A stretch of 63,950 nucleotides of DNA, the filler included, from Bipalium vagum (lineage: Eukaryota), in NCBI GenBank assembly GCA_037834085.1. It is 3 parts of 3 records of this genome, joined end to end, with 100 filler letters (N's around TTAATTAATTAA, not from the genome) between each part and the next. Parts side by side here need not be neighbours in the genome. Positions count along the whole stretch, not along the records: positions 19,387 to 47,241 come from JBBMKC010078431.1; positions 47,342 to 63,950 come from JBBMKC010103171.1; 1 more part is not named here. The stretch is one strand, 5' to 3'. Shown here in pieces: positions 40,999 through 52,742 of the stretch. The translations under genes were made by a program, and so were the position numbers. Position 1 is the stretch's first letter. Each line of letters starts with the position of its first letter. The notes under the pieces were generated by a model. The model was not told where the DNA came from. It saw nothing but the letters and a program-made list of their open reading frames with translations, and did not search any database.

Positions 40999-42026
40999 TG
41001 TTCGAAAAAGTATTTTAATACTGATTAAGTTTATCAGGAAATAGCTTTTTAAAGTTTTACATATAACGTTAAAGGTCTCATAATAATTTATATAAATTTT
41101 TATTACATACATAAAGCTATAATTATTAAATAATAGCCAAAACTATAACAGTGTGTTGGTATAAAGTATAGATTTTAAAATTGAATTTTTATTATCAAAT
41201 TTACAATTTTATCTAATTATTGATTTGATTGATTTTTAAATTATAAATTATTATTTGTTTTCCAAGGATCTAATTTCACTGACTGTCGAACACATATATT
41301 ATACAGGGGCCTAAAGTTCAGAAATTAACTGTCTGAAGAATTGTACAAAATTTATGTCATAATTCAAATTTGTTGGAGTTTCAAAAGCGGAATTAATAAA
41401 GTTATTTCTTTAAAATATTCTTTAGATATACATTGTCTTTTCGCAGAGCAACACACTTAGTGTCTTCTTTTCAGTTTAAGAATGACAAGGTGTAGCAGAA
41501 CTGTACCTATAATACATGTAAATAAACGATTTTATCATTTTAATGTAGTGTTTTTCAAGTATGCCGTAATATGATGAGTCAAATATAAATTTTTAAATCT
41601 GAGGTATGCTTGGAGAACTTTTGGAGTATTACCACCCCTTAAGTTTGAATTTCGTAAAATTTTCAAATAGATAAATTCAGATTTTTAGGTCCACCCCAAA
41701 GATAGGGTGGATACTTAAAAAGCTCAGTGAAATAATCAAAACCTTTAAACCCAATCTACCAATTGGGACTAAGAGCATGGGGGAAATTGAGTCCAAGAAT
41801 AAGCCTTTTTAAAACTACATTAATGCTTGTTGTGATACAGATTTTATTCCGTGCAACGTAATACTCGGATCATTAAGTATCAAACATTTATTATTTTATG
41901 ACTTGGATTATTTTAGTAGAGATTTAGTTTTTATAAGAACCAACAAAGATCGAAGGATTATGAGTTATAAACGATCTCAATAAAAATTTACACGACTCTA
42001 AACGGATTTACTTATGCTCTCTTCAT

Positions 42027-42053
<27 letters not shown>
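42027..42053. repeat. (TA)n microsatellite
   Basis: Read directly. Confidence 0.95.
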
Positions 42054-42057
<4 letters not shown>

Positions 42058-42699
42058 ACGTAACTCTCTACCGTTTTATGATTGTATATAGAGACTTTAT
42101 TAATCTTGGTGTATTTTTTATTACTTTTTTTGAATATAAATCTATAAATTTTTATTATCTAATTTTATTTATAACCGCCATCTACATATTTTGGAATAAT
42201 TTTATCCAACCATATATCTCAAAATTATGCTTCAGGCAGGGTGCTCACATTTTCACAATTAATAATGATAGACAATGTGACAATAGTGGAAGTAATGTGG
42301 TTCCATTTTCCATATTTCGGTTACCAAATAAACTTATAGTTCATGGTTCAATTATTATGCAAATTTTAGTATTGTTATTCAATCATTTCTTTCAACCTTA
42401 TATTTGAAGAATATTGCTATCAGCTGAAGAGAAGCATATCTTTAATTGTGTATATTCTCTTCGGCCATCAAGCTTAGGGTTGCTTTTAAAGAATTAACAC
42501 GTTCTCCAAGTTAAATTATATAAACATGCCTAGTTGATGATTTTTCGTGATTTTGTGTAACATAATTGTGATAATTTTATTTTTTTTAACTTCATACTCA
42601 AAATACTTTGAATTATTTCACTATTTTATTTTATCAACTCAATCTTACTCTTAATAAAAACCCAATCGTCATAGAATAAAAGTTATAAAAAAAAAGAAA

Positions 42700-43300
42700 C
42701 TTATTTATAAATATATTTTGTTTTCTTGGTCTGAAGATTATGAAGATGTTTAAAGATATGATAACTCATTGGTATTATTATGTTATGGGAATATGGTGGA
42801 TGCGACAGTCTTTCTATTCGTAGCTTATTTACCTTTGCAATTTTTTGCATTCATGTATTTATGCATTGCCCTGCTGCTACATTACTCGTATTTTTGCTAA
42901 TCACTGTAAGTTTTCTAATGCATAAAATTTGCTGCATTCTTTCTAGATATGGTACTTGGCTGTTGAAATAGTCTCATCACAATATAGCATTGAAAAATGT
43001 ATAACACCAGCTATGGACCATTAGACAGTATGTATTATTTTTTTGGGCGGAGTTTGATCGACATTTACCCTTGTGCTGAACATCCTCATTAGTTGTAGAG
43101 AACTAATTTTTCATCACTTTTTATGACACGACTTTAAAACTGATCACTTTCATTGCGTAACAGTTAAGGTTTGCAAATGTCAAATAGTTTACTTTTTGTG
43201 ATCATTGTAATAAACTGATTCCTTTTTATTTTAAATGGTACCTTAGAAAGGATGTTTTTGGGCGAATCCAACATAAGTAACGATAACTGATTCTTAATCA
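42700..43300 (-). mobile_element. Degenerate mariner catalytic-domain remnant
   Basis: Minus strand KKIIHTV*WSIAGVIHFSML..DETISTAKY..QQGNA..LSHPPYS. Confidence 0.7.
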
Positions 43301-44376
43301 TTTGCATTTTATTTTATATTTTTATGATTTTATTATATTTTTATTTGATTTTATTTTCTGAAAAGGTTTTTTCGTGGACCTCGAAGGATTGAGAAATTGT
43401 GATTTACTAGGAGACATTTTGATATATTTGCGTAGTGACTTGAGATGTTTTAATATTTTGTAGGATGACTTGAGGCATTACCTGTGTAGATATTGTATGT
43501 ATCAAATGAATAAAAGTTTTAAACTCTCGTGTTCTTGTTTTATTTTTATCTTAAAGAGTGTTATTTATTATTGAACACAATTATAATATTTCTGGAGTCA
43601 GATACTACAACGAATTTGATTAATTAAAATATTGACAAGATGAAGAATTACAAGCACTAATGAATATCTGTGAAGAAATTGGAAGAATTTTCAATATTTA
43701 CAGAATTGTTTCTGATTAGTATCACTTCAAATGAATGAAAATTCCAATCATATATATTAGCCGAAAGGCAACAAGAAAATATTAAAGAATTTTGTGAAAT
43801 GCTTCTTATAAGTAAATAAAAAAATTAATCTTCAGGTCTCAGCTCTTACAATAATCTGTATTTAAGGAGAGATCCAAATATTATGTTTGCCCACAGATTT
43901 AATTACTTTGTGAAATTGCGAATGAAAACTTTTATTTAACATAAATTACATTTAACTAATAATGTACCTTTTATTATTCTCAAACTCTAATGAAGATAAA
44001 AAAATTCCATTTTCATAGAAACTGAAGTTTATGGGTATAGAACAGATTAAGCTACTATTATTGTGCTATTTTGATATATAAAATCAGTACTGGAAACCAT
44101 TTTTCTGTATTTCAATTAAAATTATCCTATTGTATTCTCAAATTATTATGAATAATGAAAATTTTGCACGCTTCAGCATATGTATACAAATGAGAAGCTT
44201 AAGAAAAATAAAATGTATTGATTAAGCCTAAAACGTTAACGAAATAATATTCTTGATTTCAAAAACTCAAGTGTTCCATAGTGACAAAAAATGAAAAACC
44301 TTCGTAATTATACTTTAACTAAAAATATTTTTAAATCTCCTAAAATTATATTTTTATTTGTATAATGTTATTTTCA

Positions 44377-44379
<3 letters not shown>

Positions 44380-44427
<48 letters not shown>
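44380..44427. repeat. (TAT)n microsatellite
   Basis: Read directly; just downstream of the DNALI1-like stop. Confidence 0.95.
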
Positions 44428-44428
<1 letters not shown>

Positions 44429-44491
44429 ATTGTAAAATATCTATTATTTAACATAGATTACGCTTTATGATTAATGAACCATGACAAAAAT

Positions 44492-45313
44492 CTACCCTGC
44501 TTCTGGATGTTTAATTAATTCAATTGCCTCAACCAATTGTTGTTTTAATTGATCATAGTTTTTCTTCATAAATATAAAATCAATTTCAAACTTTTTTCTC
44601 AACGTTATAAGTTTCTGCATTTCCCTTTCCTGAACAGCATCAACATTAGCATTTGCCTCAACAAGTCGCACCTTTAGCTCTTCGATTTCATTGAGTAAAC
44701 TTTCATTAGTTTTAGAATAATGAGTTCGATTTCTCTGTCCTCTTAATGTTTTATTCATACCGTAAGCAACGTTGCTCTCATATATTTGTCGAATTTTAGC
44801 CAGAGATAAGTTCAATTCGGAATTTACTCGACTGAGCAATAATCCTCGTTCTGTACATTCAATAGTCACTTGTCGAATTATTTCTTTAAATAATTCGCCA
44901 AAAAGCTTCCTCCGAATTGAGCAAATACCCGTACTTTGAGCTCCTTTAAGTTTCAGTTCTTGATTCAACTTTTCTTGTAGATGAATCATGTCAAGTGATT
45001 TTCCAGGACAACTTGAAACATCTTGAATGAACAATTCTTTTCCCAGGCTTATAATTCTTGGTTCAATTATCAAACTCAAAATTCTTTCTATTCCCAAGTT
45101 ACAAGTATCAGGTTTCTGAGTAAATGTTCCTGTACAATTGCGACTAAGAATTCTATCTCTTGCAGTGATAACGTTTCCTTCAGTCAAGTGGGTAATTTTT
45201 GGATTACCATGGGTTATAACTCGATTGGTGCTGTGATACTGAAGAATGCTGTCAACAGGCTTTGGAATACTTGAACCTTCGTCAGTAAATTCTGGTTTAG
45301 TTTCTTTTTTCAT
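44492..45313 (-). CDS. DNALI1: Axonemal dynein light intermediate chain (p28 / inner-arm) homologue, intronless and divergent
   Basis: 273-aa ORF with ILSLIIEPR, VSSCP..LDMIHLQEKL, TGICSIRRKLF, IIRQVTIECTERGLLL.RV, YESNVAYGM.K.L and a C-terminal coiled coil, the p28 family pattern. Confidence 0.9.
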   Translation of the reverse strand: MKKETKPEFTDEGSSIPKPVDSILQYHSTNRVITHGNPKITHLTEGNVITARDRILSRNCTGTFTQKPDTCNLGIERILSLIIEPRIISLGKELFIQDVSSCPGKSLDMIHLQEKLNQELKLKGAQSTGICSIRRKLFGELFKEIIRQVTIECTERGLLLSRVNSELNLSLAKIRQIYESNVAYGMNKTLRGQRNRTHYSKTNESLLNEIEELKVRLVEANANVDAVQEREMQKLITLRKKFEIDFIFMKKNYDQLKQQLVEAIELIKHPEAG

Positions 45314-46029
45314 TAGAAATTATATACTACCTATAAAATATTTTGTTTCATAAATTTACCGAAGACAAAATATTAATGAGTTCAATAATATAAAATAGAT
45401 TTATCGATTTCAAAGGGTTTACTACGAAATAAAAGTTTAATTAATTAAATTTCATCTGCATCACACACTTATATCTTACTGAAACTCCCAACTCATACAA
45501 AAGTTATTTAAATTCTTTAATTTCATTAATATTATTCCATTATTCAACATATCTATTATTTATTAAAAGATGTATAACAAAATGTAAATTCAGTCAATGT
45601 AATGCAAATAATGTAATTTTTGGGCACCACTATGACCGAATATTTTGCCAAAATTATAGATGGTTCATGAAAGCAAGTCAATATTTAATTTTATTAACAA
45701 AATTTTTGGGTGCCTAAGGTACAGGTTTCACTGTAAATAATCTTTCAAAATTGCACAATTTTTATCTTTAAAAATCACAAATCACTTTATCTTAAAAGAA
45801 TTTTCATTGGCAAATTAAGTACCAGTTTCGTTATTTATATAAAAATAATTGGCGCAAATGAACACATCTAAGACTTCCACAGATGTCTACACTTTTGTAA
45901 AAAGGTTTTAATGATGTCATAATTGTGATTCAATCTCACCAGTGAGATGAATAAATAGTTTAGGAATCGATTGTTGATTGTTTTTAGACTTTATTTTCTA
46001 TTATTTATTAAAAAGTTCACTATTTCTTG

Positions 46030-46860
46030 AAAATAACTCGACAATTACATTTTTCTTTTTATAAAGCAATTCGTTCCTTTGCAAAAGGTTGTGTAGTGCC
46101 ATCCTATTGAAACGAAAAGTCATTTAGACCAATATTGTTCAATTCAAGTTACATAAATTAAATGATCATTTTACGATATCGATTACCCTTCACAGTTACA
46201 TCTTCACCACTAGCATTTTCAAAGAAATAAGGACCAATAAAACTGACATAATAATGCGCGTCAGTCAGTGACGCGTTTTGGAAAGATATTTCGTAAAGTA
46301 ATTGTAGATTTTTTTTCAGCTTAAACCCGAAAATTTGGTTTATTGACATATCAATGAATTTCAAAATTTATTTCATCAAAAAGATGAAATTTAAAGAAAA
46401 AATAACTGGTTGTTCTTTGGCTCAATTAATACTTGTAAATGCTTTACGTTTAATATGATCTAATGACTTTAATTCTTGTGTTATATGAACCTTATAGACT
46501 TTTAGAGAAAAGTCCTTCCTTAAAATACACCAAGTTATTGTGAGCGTCACTTAGAGACATTTCAGGGTCTTCAGCTACACCTGTAACAACCAAATCAACA
46601 TGTTCTTTCAAACTACCATTGAGACTATACTTTTCTGTTCTTTTACCTTCCACCGAACAAGTTTGATGAAATATTTGAATAATTTGAAAAAATTAATCGT
46701 GCTTTCTGATGGTCGATTGTGTTGATCGTAAAACTTACGTATTTTTCTGTAGACATTTTTTTTAAAATGATTTTTTTCATAAAATGATTTGAAATCTGAA
46801 TGTTATTGATTTGTATAACAAGCAATTTTTTTAAATGGAAAAAATCAATAATTAATTATC
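46030..46860 (-). mobile_element. Degenerate maT/Tc3-like transposase remnant
   Basis: FIGPYFFENASGEDVTVKGNRYRKMI is the conserved IGPYFFE....TV.G.RY..M motif. Confidence 0.75.
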
Positions 46861-46964
46861 AATGAAAATATTTTTATTCATAAGGAAAATTGTATGACTT
46901 ATAAAGAATTTTTAAAAACGATGTAATTTGAAAGGCTATATTTTACTCTCATTGCGTAAACATT

Positions 46965-47193
46965 ATTAATATCAATCGGTTTATAATCAGAATTAGAAGT
47001 CATTTTTTGAATAGATTTATTTAAGTGATAAAACAAATAATATTTAAGCAAATTTTCTCAGAACTGGAAATTCCTTTTTTATTAAATTTTAAAAATAAAC
47101 TTTTTTTAAAATTTCTTTTATACTTTTTAAATATTTTAAAATAATTAAAATAAATAATTAAAAAATTCCCCAGATCTGATTAGCCTCCTCATA
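46965..47193. repeat. Intact copy of the ~230-bp interspersed repeat also at 27455-27927
   Basis: Shares TTAATATCAATCGGTTTAT..CAGAATTAGAAG..AAAATTCCCCAG.TCTGATTA.CCTCCT. Confidence 0.85.
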
Positions 47194-47241
47194 AACATGA
47201 CATTCTTAAATTATTTTTTATTTATTAAAAAATATAGATCG

Positions 47242-47341
47242 NNNNNNNNNNNNNNNNNNNNNNNNNNNNNNNNNNNNNNNNNNNNTTAATTAATTAANNN
47301 NNNNNNNNNNNNNNNNNNNNNNNNNNNNNNNNNNNNNNNNN
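47242..47341. other. Artificial scaffold spacer (44N-TTAATTAATTAA-44N)
   Basis: Exactly 100 bp; 12-mer at 47286-47297. Confidence 0.92.
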
Positions 47342-48283
47342 ATATTATTATTATTATAAATATTTTTAATGATAATAATCAATAACAGTTATTATTTAAT
47401 TTGAAAAATATGTAATGAGTATAACTCAAAATATTAGACGAAAATAAAAGATTATGAAAAAAAAACAATAAAATAAGGAAAATGTTTTAGGAATAATAAA
47501 TTAAAACTCAAGAAAAATTATAATTTTAAATAATATAATATTTTTCAATTTTATATGATATAGAATTTCTCTATACTATATAAACAAATGAGAAATAAAT
47601 AGGCATGCAAGGTTCCGAAAAAACCTTTATAAAAATACTTTAAGTTAATTTGAAATTCGTCACAATTATAAGTGACACATTATAAGAATTGTTCAACAAT
47701 GTATATATTGTGAGGAATATTGATAAAATTAAAAAATCAATTCAAAATTATTTGTGATTTAAATTATATGGTTATCGGCGATAAGTTGTTTTTGAGTAGA
47801 TTGTGAAAAACCGTTTTTACTTTATATGATTCCAGATAACAAAAATGAAATTGCCGTAACTAACGTATACATATTAATAAAAAATGATCTCATTGGAAAA
47901 AGCTGCAGAATGTTGTTTTTGTTTTAATGACTAATATAATCTCAAAGTAATATTACTTCTTAGCTTTACTTTTGTAACTATATAATATATTATTTAGATT
48001 TAACGAAAGTGATCGCTATTAAGGTCGATGTCCTCCCATAAGAAGGTTTAAAACATCACTCTGTAAACCTGGATTCTAAACAATGTTTAACATAAGAAAT
48101 ATTAAATTCATAAATATTAAATAACCTTGACAAAAGACCTGCAGTGAGATCGAGGTGCAACTGAAATTTAATATTTTAATAATTTATTATTATTATTACT
48201 TATTATTTAATTGATTGCGGCTTAATAATTTATTTTTAATAAGTTTTTCATTTCTGACTTATATATAAAGTAAGAACTGTTAC

Positions 48284-49595
48284 TTTTTCATTTACACATG
48301 GAACTAAGAGTCCCATGGTGAAAACGGATAGTATGGGTCCACCAGCCATGCCGAATAGGCTCATCGATATTTGAAGAACGGTCGGAGAAACCAGAGAAAA
48401 GATAAATGCGAGAAGAATTGTGATCAAACCGATACTGAAAGCTAAACGGAAAAAAAACTTAATGTAAACTCATTTGTTATTGTTATTATATAATATAAAA
48501 TTAATTGGATAAGCTTCACAGATACATTTTATCTTATAATTTATTTTTTTCACAAAAAAATCTACTACCAATTAGTTTCAAATGAAAATCCACTCGATTT
48601 TCTGAACCTCCTGGGAGATGAATAAATTTTCGACATGAGTTCAATAGATCTTCCATAATAACCGCGGATAAGCTGTTGATTCCAGAAGACATTGTACTAA
48701 ATAAAACAAAGGCATTAAAAACTTTCAAGTAAAATGTGAAAAGATAACCTCAATGCTGCTGCAAAGATCGAAGACATAAATAGTCCCGAAAGCGGAGAGT
48801 AATTTTGTAACAAATGAATCACAAAATATGGAAGTATCTGAGTTTAGACTGATTTATGAAATCAACATATCATTCAATACCTGATCTCTTTTGCTAATGA
48901 TTCCTCGAGATAACGGATCACAGAATATGAGAGAGGAGTAAGTTACTAAGCCTGCTGTGATCAACAAGAAAAAGAATCCGGATGTCAAAGGTATATTTAG
49001 AAGCAAGGCTCTGAAGTTCAATATTAAACATTTTAATGCGGAATCCTGGATTAAAGTAGACTCCTCATTCGAAATGATAAAGTCTTCCATGAAATTACAG
49101 GCTTTAATCTTTTATAAAACATTATTTATTATAACAGGTATCTCAAAATCAGGGGTACAGCGTGTTCTCGAATCTAAATTAAATTTCTTTCCATACAAAA
49201 AAGATATGAACATTATGTTCCACCTTCTGCACTTGACACGTGAAACATTTCTGGAGAAAGTTGAAACATGCACTGAATTTTTGGACACAAATCTTTTCAC
49301 AGACGAATCTTCCTTCTACCGGAATGTTCATCTTAATAAGCAGAAAGATAGAGGTTTGTCTCAGTGTGAAGATGACATCGACCTTCAACTCGAATTCCTT
49401 ATAAACAATATCCAAAATAACTTATCGTGTGGGCATGATTCTCTTCAAATTTCAAAATCGCACCTATCTGTTTAAAGCAAAATGTTACTACTAAAAGTTA
49501 TAAGGATATGGTTGAAACTTTCTCTCCAAATAAAATTTGGAAAAGCCGTGTAATCAGTTGGGGTTTTTCATTTGCTTGGTTATGTTATTCTCAAG

Positions 49596-49666
<71 letters not shown>

Positions 49667-51845
49667 CTTCGTACTTTTAATTATAATTGTATTAACAATA
49701 ACTTAAGAATTTCTAGGTGACCTTACTAATAGACAACTTGTTAATTTTTGGAACCTCTTATACACAACTTTAACGAAATTCTATCCACCCGATCTTTTAC
49801 TCTTGTAAATGTTAAAAAAAATAAAATACTTGATAGCGACTTGTTCAGTACGACATGAAAGATATCTTTGCACCTGAGCTTGATAAGTACCAAACATACC
49901 TAAGTGCAAACCAGTAGCACCAAATATCAGTGACCAAAATGAATGGCGAATGAAAGGATTATTATCAAAACTAAATGAAACAAATCAGTTAAATAATTAA
50001 TATTCAAAAGAAGCACTTAAATAATTTTAAATGACCAGTTTCTTTAGCAATATCCCAGACAGCAGAAATCCCACCAATTTTATTCGATCCGACAATGACA
50101 ACAGTTAAAATTCCGGCTACCATAATGAAAAATTGTATTAAATCTGTCCATATTACCGCACGCATTCCTCCCTTAAAATAAGAGTATCATTATGTTTTGA
50201 TAAAATGATTCCAAGTAAACTGACAAGCGACTGATGGACATTTTCAGCTTTTATTTGCAGTTTTTTTCAAATTATCTTGTGAATATAATCAATATATTTT
50301 TCAAATAAACGCTTTTTAAACATTTATTGGCCGATGAAAAACGGAAAAGAAAGGTCTGAGACTTGTTTCAAGAAAATAAATATTTGAATAGGTTTTGTGT
50401 TAAATTGATAAAACGCGTTTATTTGAAAAAACATATTTTTATTGATTATACATTATTAACTTAAAATTTATTGGTCACATCTTCAAAATGTATCTTGCCA
50501 TAAAATAAAGGCAAAGAAAAATGTTATAATGACAAATAAGAAAACATACAAGAATATAAGAATGTTTTTAATAATTGTCTCCATTTACTATTTTGAAATC
50601 GTTGACGTCTTTGAAATTGAAATTGTTTGACTGTTGAGATCGTTGATTGACTTTGAGCTGATCTCTTTATAAAGTATCGTTTTTTTTTCTTTTGGACTCC
50701 AACAGTTAGTTGAAAGATGGCAGGTAATAATAAAAACCGTATTTTTATTAGATTTTTTCATTTTGGTGTAGTGTTCTAATTTATTTGAAAGACAATTCAT
50801 AAATATTAACAAAATAGTACACAGAATTGTTTGTAGTGTTTAACATCAGAAATTGTTAGGAAACCCTAATTACTATAAATAATACAACTGGCCACCTTAT
50901 AAGAAAATTAAAAGGTTTCTCACAACAAAAATTAACTTGATATTTCTGAAATTTATATGAATGAGTGAAAATCAATATCAAACTAACAACATGAACTAAG
51001 AGATCTTTGGAAGGATAGACAACATACATGATCTCAGAAAAGGAATTATGTACGAGATGATGGTGGAAGTGTATACACATTGGCATCCGTTGTGCAGTAA
51101 TAATATTTTTGAAATAATCGATATTTCGGTCCTCCTACCGTTCATATGAATAGATTGATATATTTTTATATAAAAATATTGGTCATAAAATGTTCAAAAA
51201 ATAATATTTATATTAAAAACCCCAGTTTTAGTAAGTAGTATTAGTTGTATTATAACATTACAACACAATATAACTGTCAAAATGACAATGGAGTCAAACA
51301 TCTCTTCTTATTGTATACTTAATAAAGCAACGACATTTTATAATTACTCTGAATAAAGGGTTTTAAATGATATTATTAAATTATTTAAAATTCTTGATAT
51401 TAAATCATTCTTTATCTCTCAATCAGTATCATTTTACTTCAATCAATAATTTAATTTATTTTAATTGTTCATAGATTTATTATTTATCTATTTTATTCAG
51501 AATCAATTAATTCTTTAAATCAATATTAAATTAATTTATTCTATTGGACAGTAGATAAAAGAAAAGATTTTCAGACCACTGTGCAATCCTATTAAAACAC
51601 TGCCATCACATAAGAGGTATCGATTTATTTAATTGATTTTTCTTTAACATTTATTTAATAAAGACTGTTTCAAATCACATTTTCATGAAATTTCATTCTG
51701 ACATGAAAAACTTTCAAACATCTTTGTACGGTTTTCAATTTTTTATTATTATTTCCCATTTAAATTTAATTATAAATAAATATATTATTTAATTTTCAAA
51801 CTATTTCTTGAAACAAGTTATAACTGACTGAAATATTATGTTTAT

Positions 51846-51878
<33 letters not shown>

Positions 51879-52645
51879 TTCTAAATTATATGTTAATGTT
51901 TATTATCATTTGAACAAATGTGGCGAATTATAATTTATTATATTATATAATGCCATCTTCCAAATAATAAACATAATAAAAAAATCTTACCATTGCCGTG
52001 TATATTGTACAAACGACCCCGGTTGACAATATACTGATCCACAAGCTGAGGCCTGAGACTGAGAATTTCGTATTTATGGATCTTCACAATTATAAAATAG
52101 TTACCTTGGCTGAAAGCGAGGGCGGGAGCATACAGAACAACCGAAATATAAAATACCTGAAATGAAAAAAATTCTCATAAATAATCGATAAATGATTACC
52201 AACTGAGTCACATAAACAGTGGATATTATTATTCTAATTATTCTTGAAAATCTTAATTCTAAATACTGCTTTCGTTGAGATTAAAAAGTGGTAAGAAATT
52301 TTTTACTTCATGAACGCTAATAATATTCAACCTGTAAAACGTTGGAAGGTAAACAAACGCTGCCAGAGGTAGTGCGATAAAATACGAAAAACTTAATAAA
52401 ACAAATTCAATCCCCGACACATACACTTCTGCCACCATGCCCATGATACCAACAGCCGAAAAAAAGGTAACCAAAATGGAGGCAGATACGGGAATAAGTG
52501 TCATTGTTCTATCAGCAAGAACATATTCCACAATTTTTCTTTTAGGACGTTGATCATGTTTGAATTTCAGTATCACACCAACCAAAGCATAAAGGAGAAG
52601 CAGAATTCCAAAAATAAAATAATCTGACCAGTGAAACACGACCAT
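48284..52645 (-). CDS. SLC5 sodium:solute symporter (SMVT/SMCT/NIS subfamily), paralogue 1, 3' partial
   Basis: Ten phase-compatible GT-AG exons: 52645-52307, 52265-52200, 52156-52105, 52058-51991, 50171-50017, 49970-49830, 49010-48881, 48837-48749, 48696-48569, 48441-48284. Motifs EYVLADRTM, YLELRF, YAPALA, GGMRAVIWTD, QVQRYLSC, DQILPYFV, STMSSGINSLSAV, GGPILSVFTMG. Confidence 0.93.
49130..49560 (+). mobile_element. maT/Tc3-like transposase fragment in SLC5 intron 6
   Basis: TGISKSGVQRVLESKLNFFPYK..NLFTDESSFYRNVHLNKQ. Confidence 0.75.
49596..49666. repeat. (TAT)n microsatellite
   Basis: Read directly; source of the poly-Tyr ORF. Confidence 0.95.
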
Positions 52646-52707
52646 GTTGAAATGTAACTTTGAAAACCAAAGAAATTAATGATAAAGTTTGCTAACTTTG
52701 CACAAAT

Positions 52708-52742
52708 AATTTATTGATTAGTTTAAACAAATATTGTTTATT
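52708..52742 (-). promoter_or_regulatory. Conserved 35-bp upstream element of SLC5 paralogue 1
   Basis: Reverse complement AATAAACAATATTTGTTTAAACTAATCAATAAATT is identical to 61724-61758; 62 nt before the ATG. Confidence 0.65.

Noticed and set aside
41688-41715. Hairpin CCACCC..GGGTGG as a Helitron 3' end
   Set aside because: No CTRR terminus at the expected distance and no second copy in the window.
42078-42407. 109-aa hydrophobic ORF (and similar I/L/F/Y-rich ORFs such as 12036-12374, 54235-54516)
   Set aside because: Composition follows AT-rich low-complexity DNA; no family motif or splice structure.
48030-48160. Candidate SLC5 exon 11 (LHLDLTAGLLS..)
   Set aside because: An acceptor is present but the peptide is a poor match to the expected transmembrane helix and soon stops; left out of the model.
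49508-49720. Poly-Tyr ORF (and poly-Leu ORF 58805-58990)
   Set aside because: Translations of (TAT)n microsatellites.
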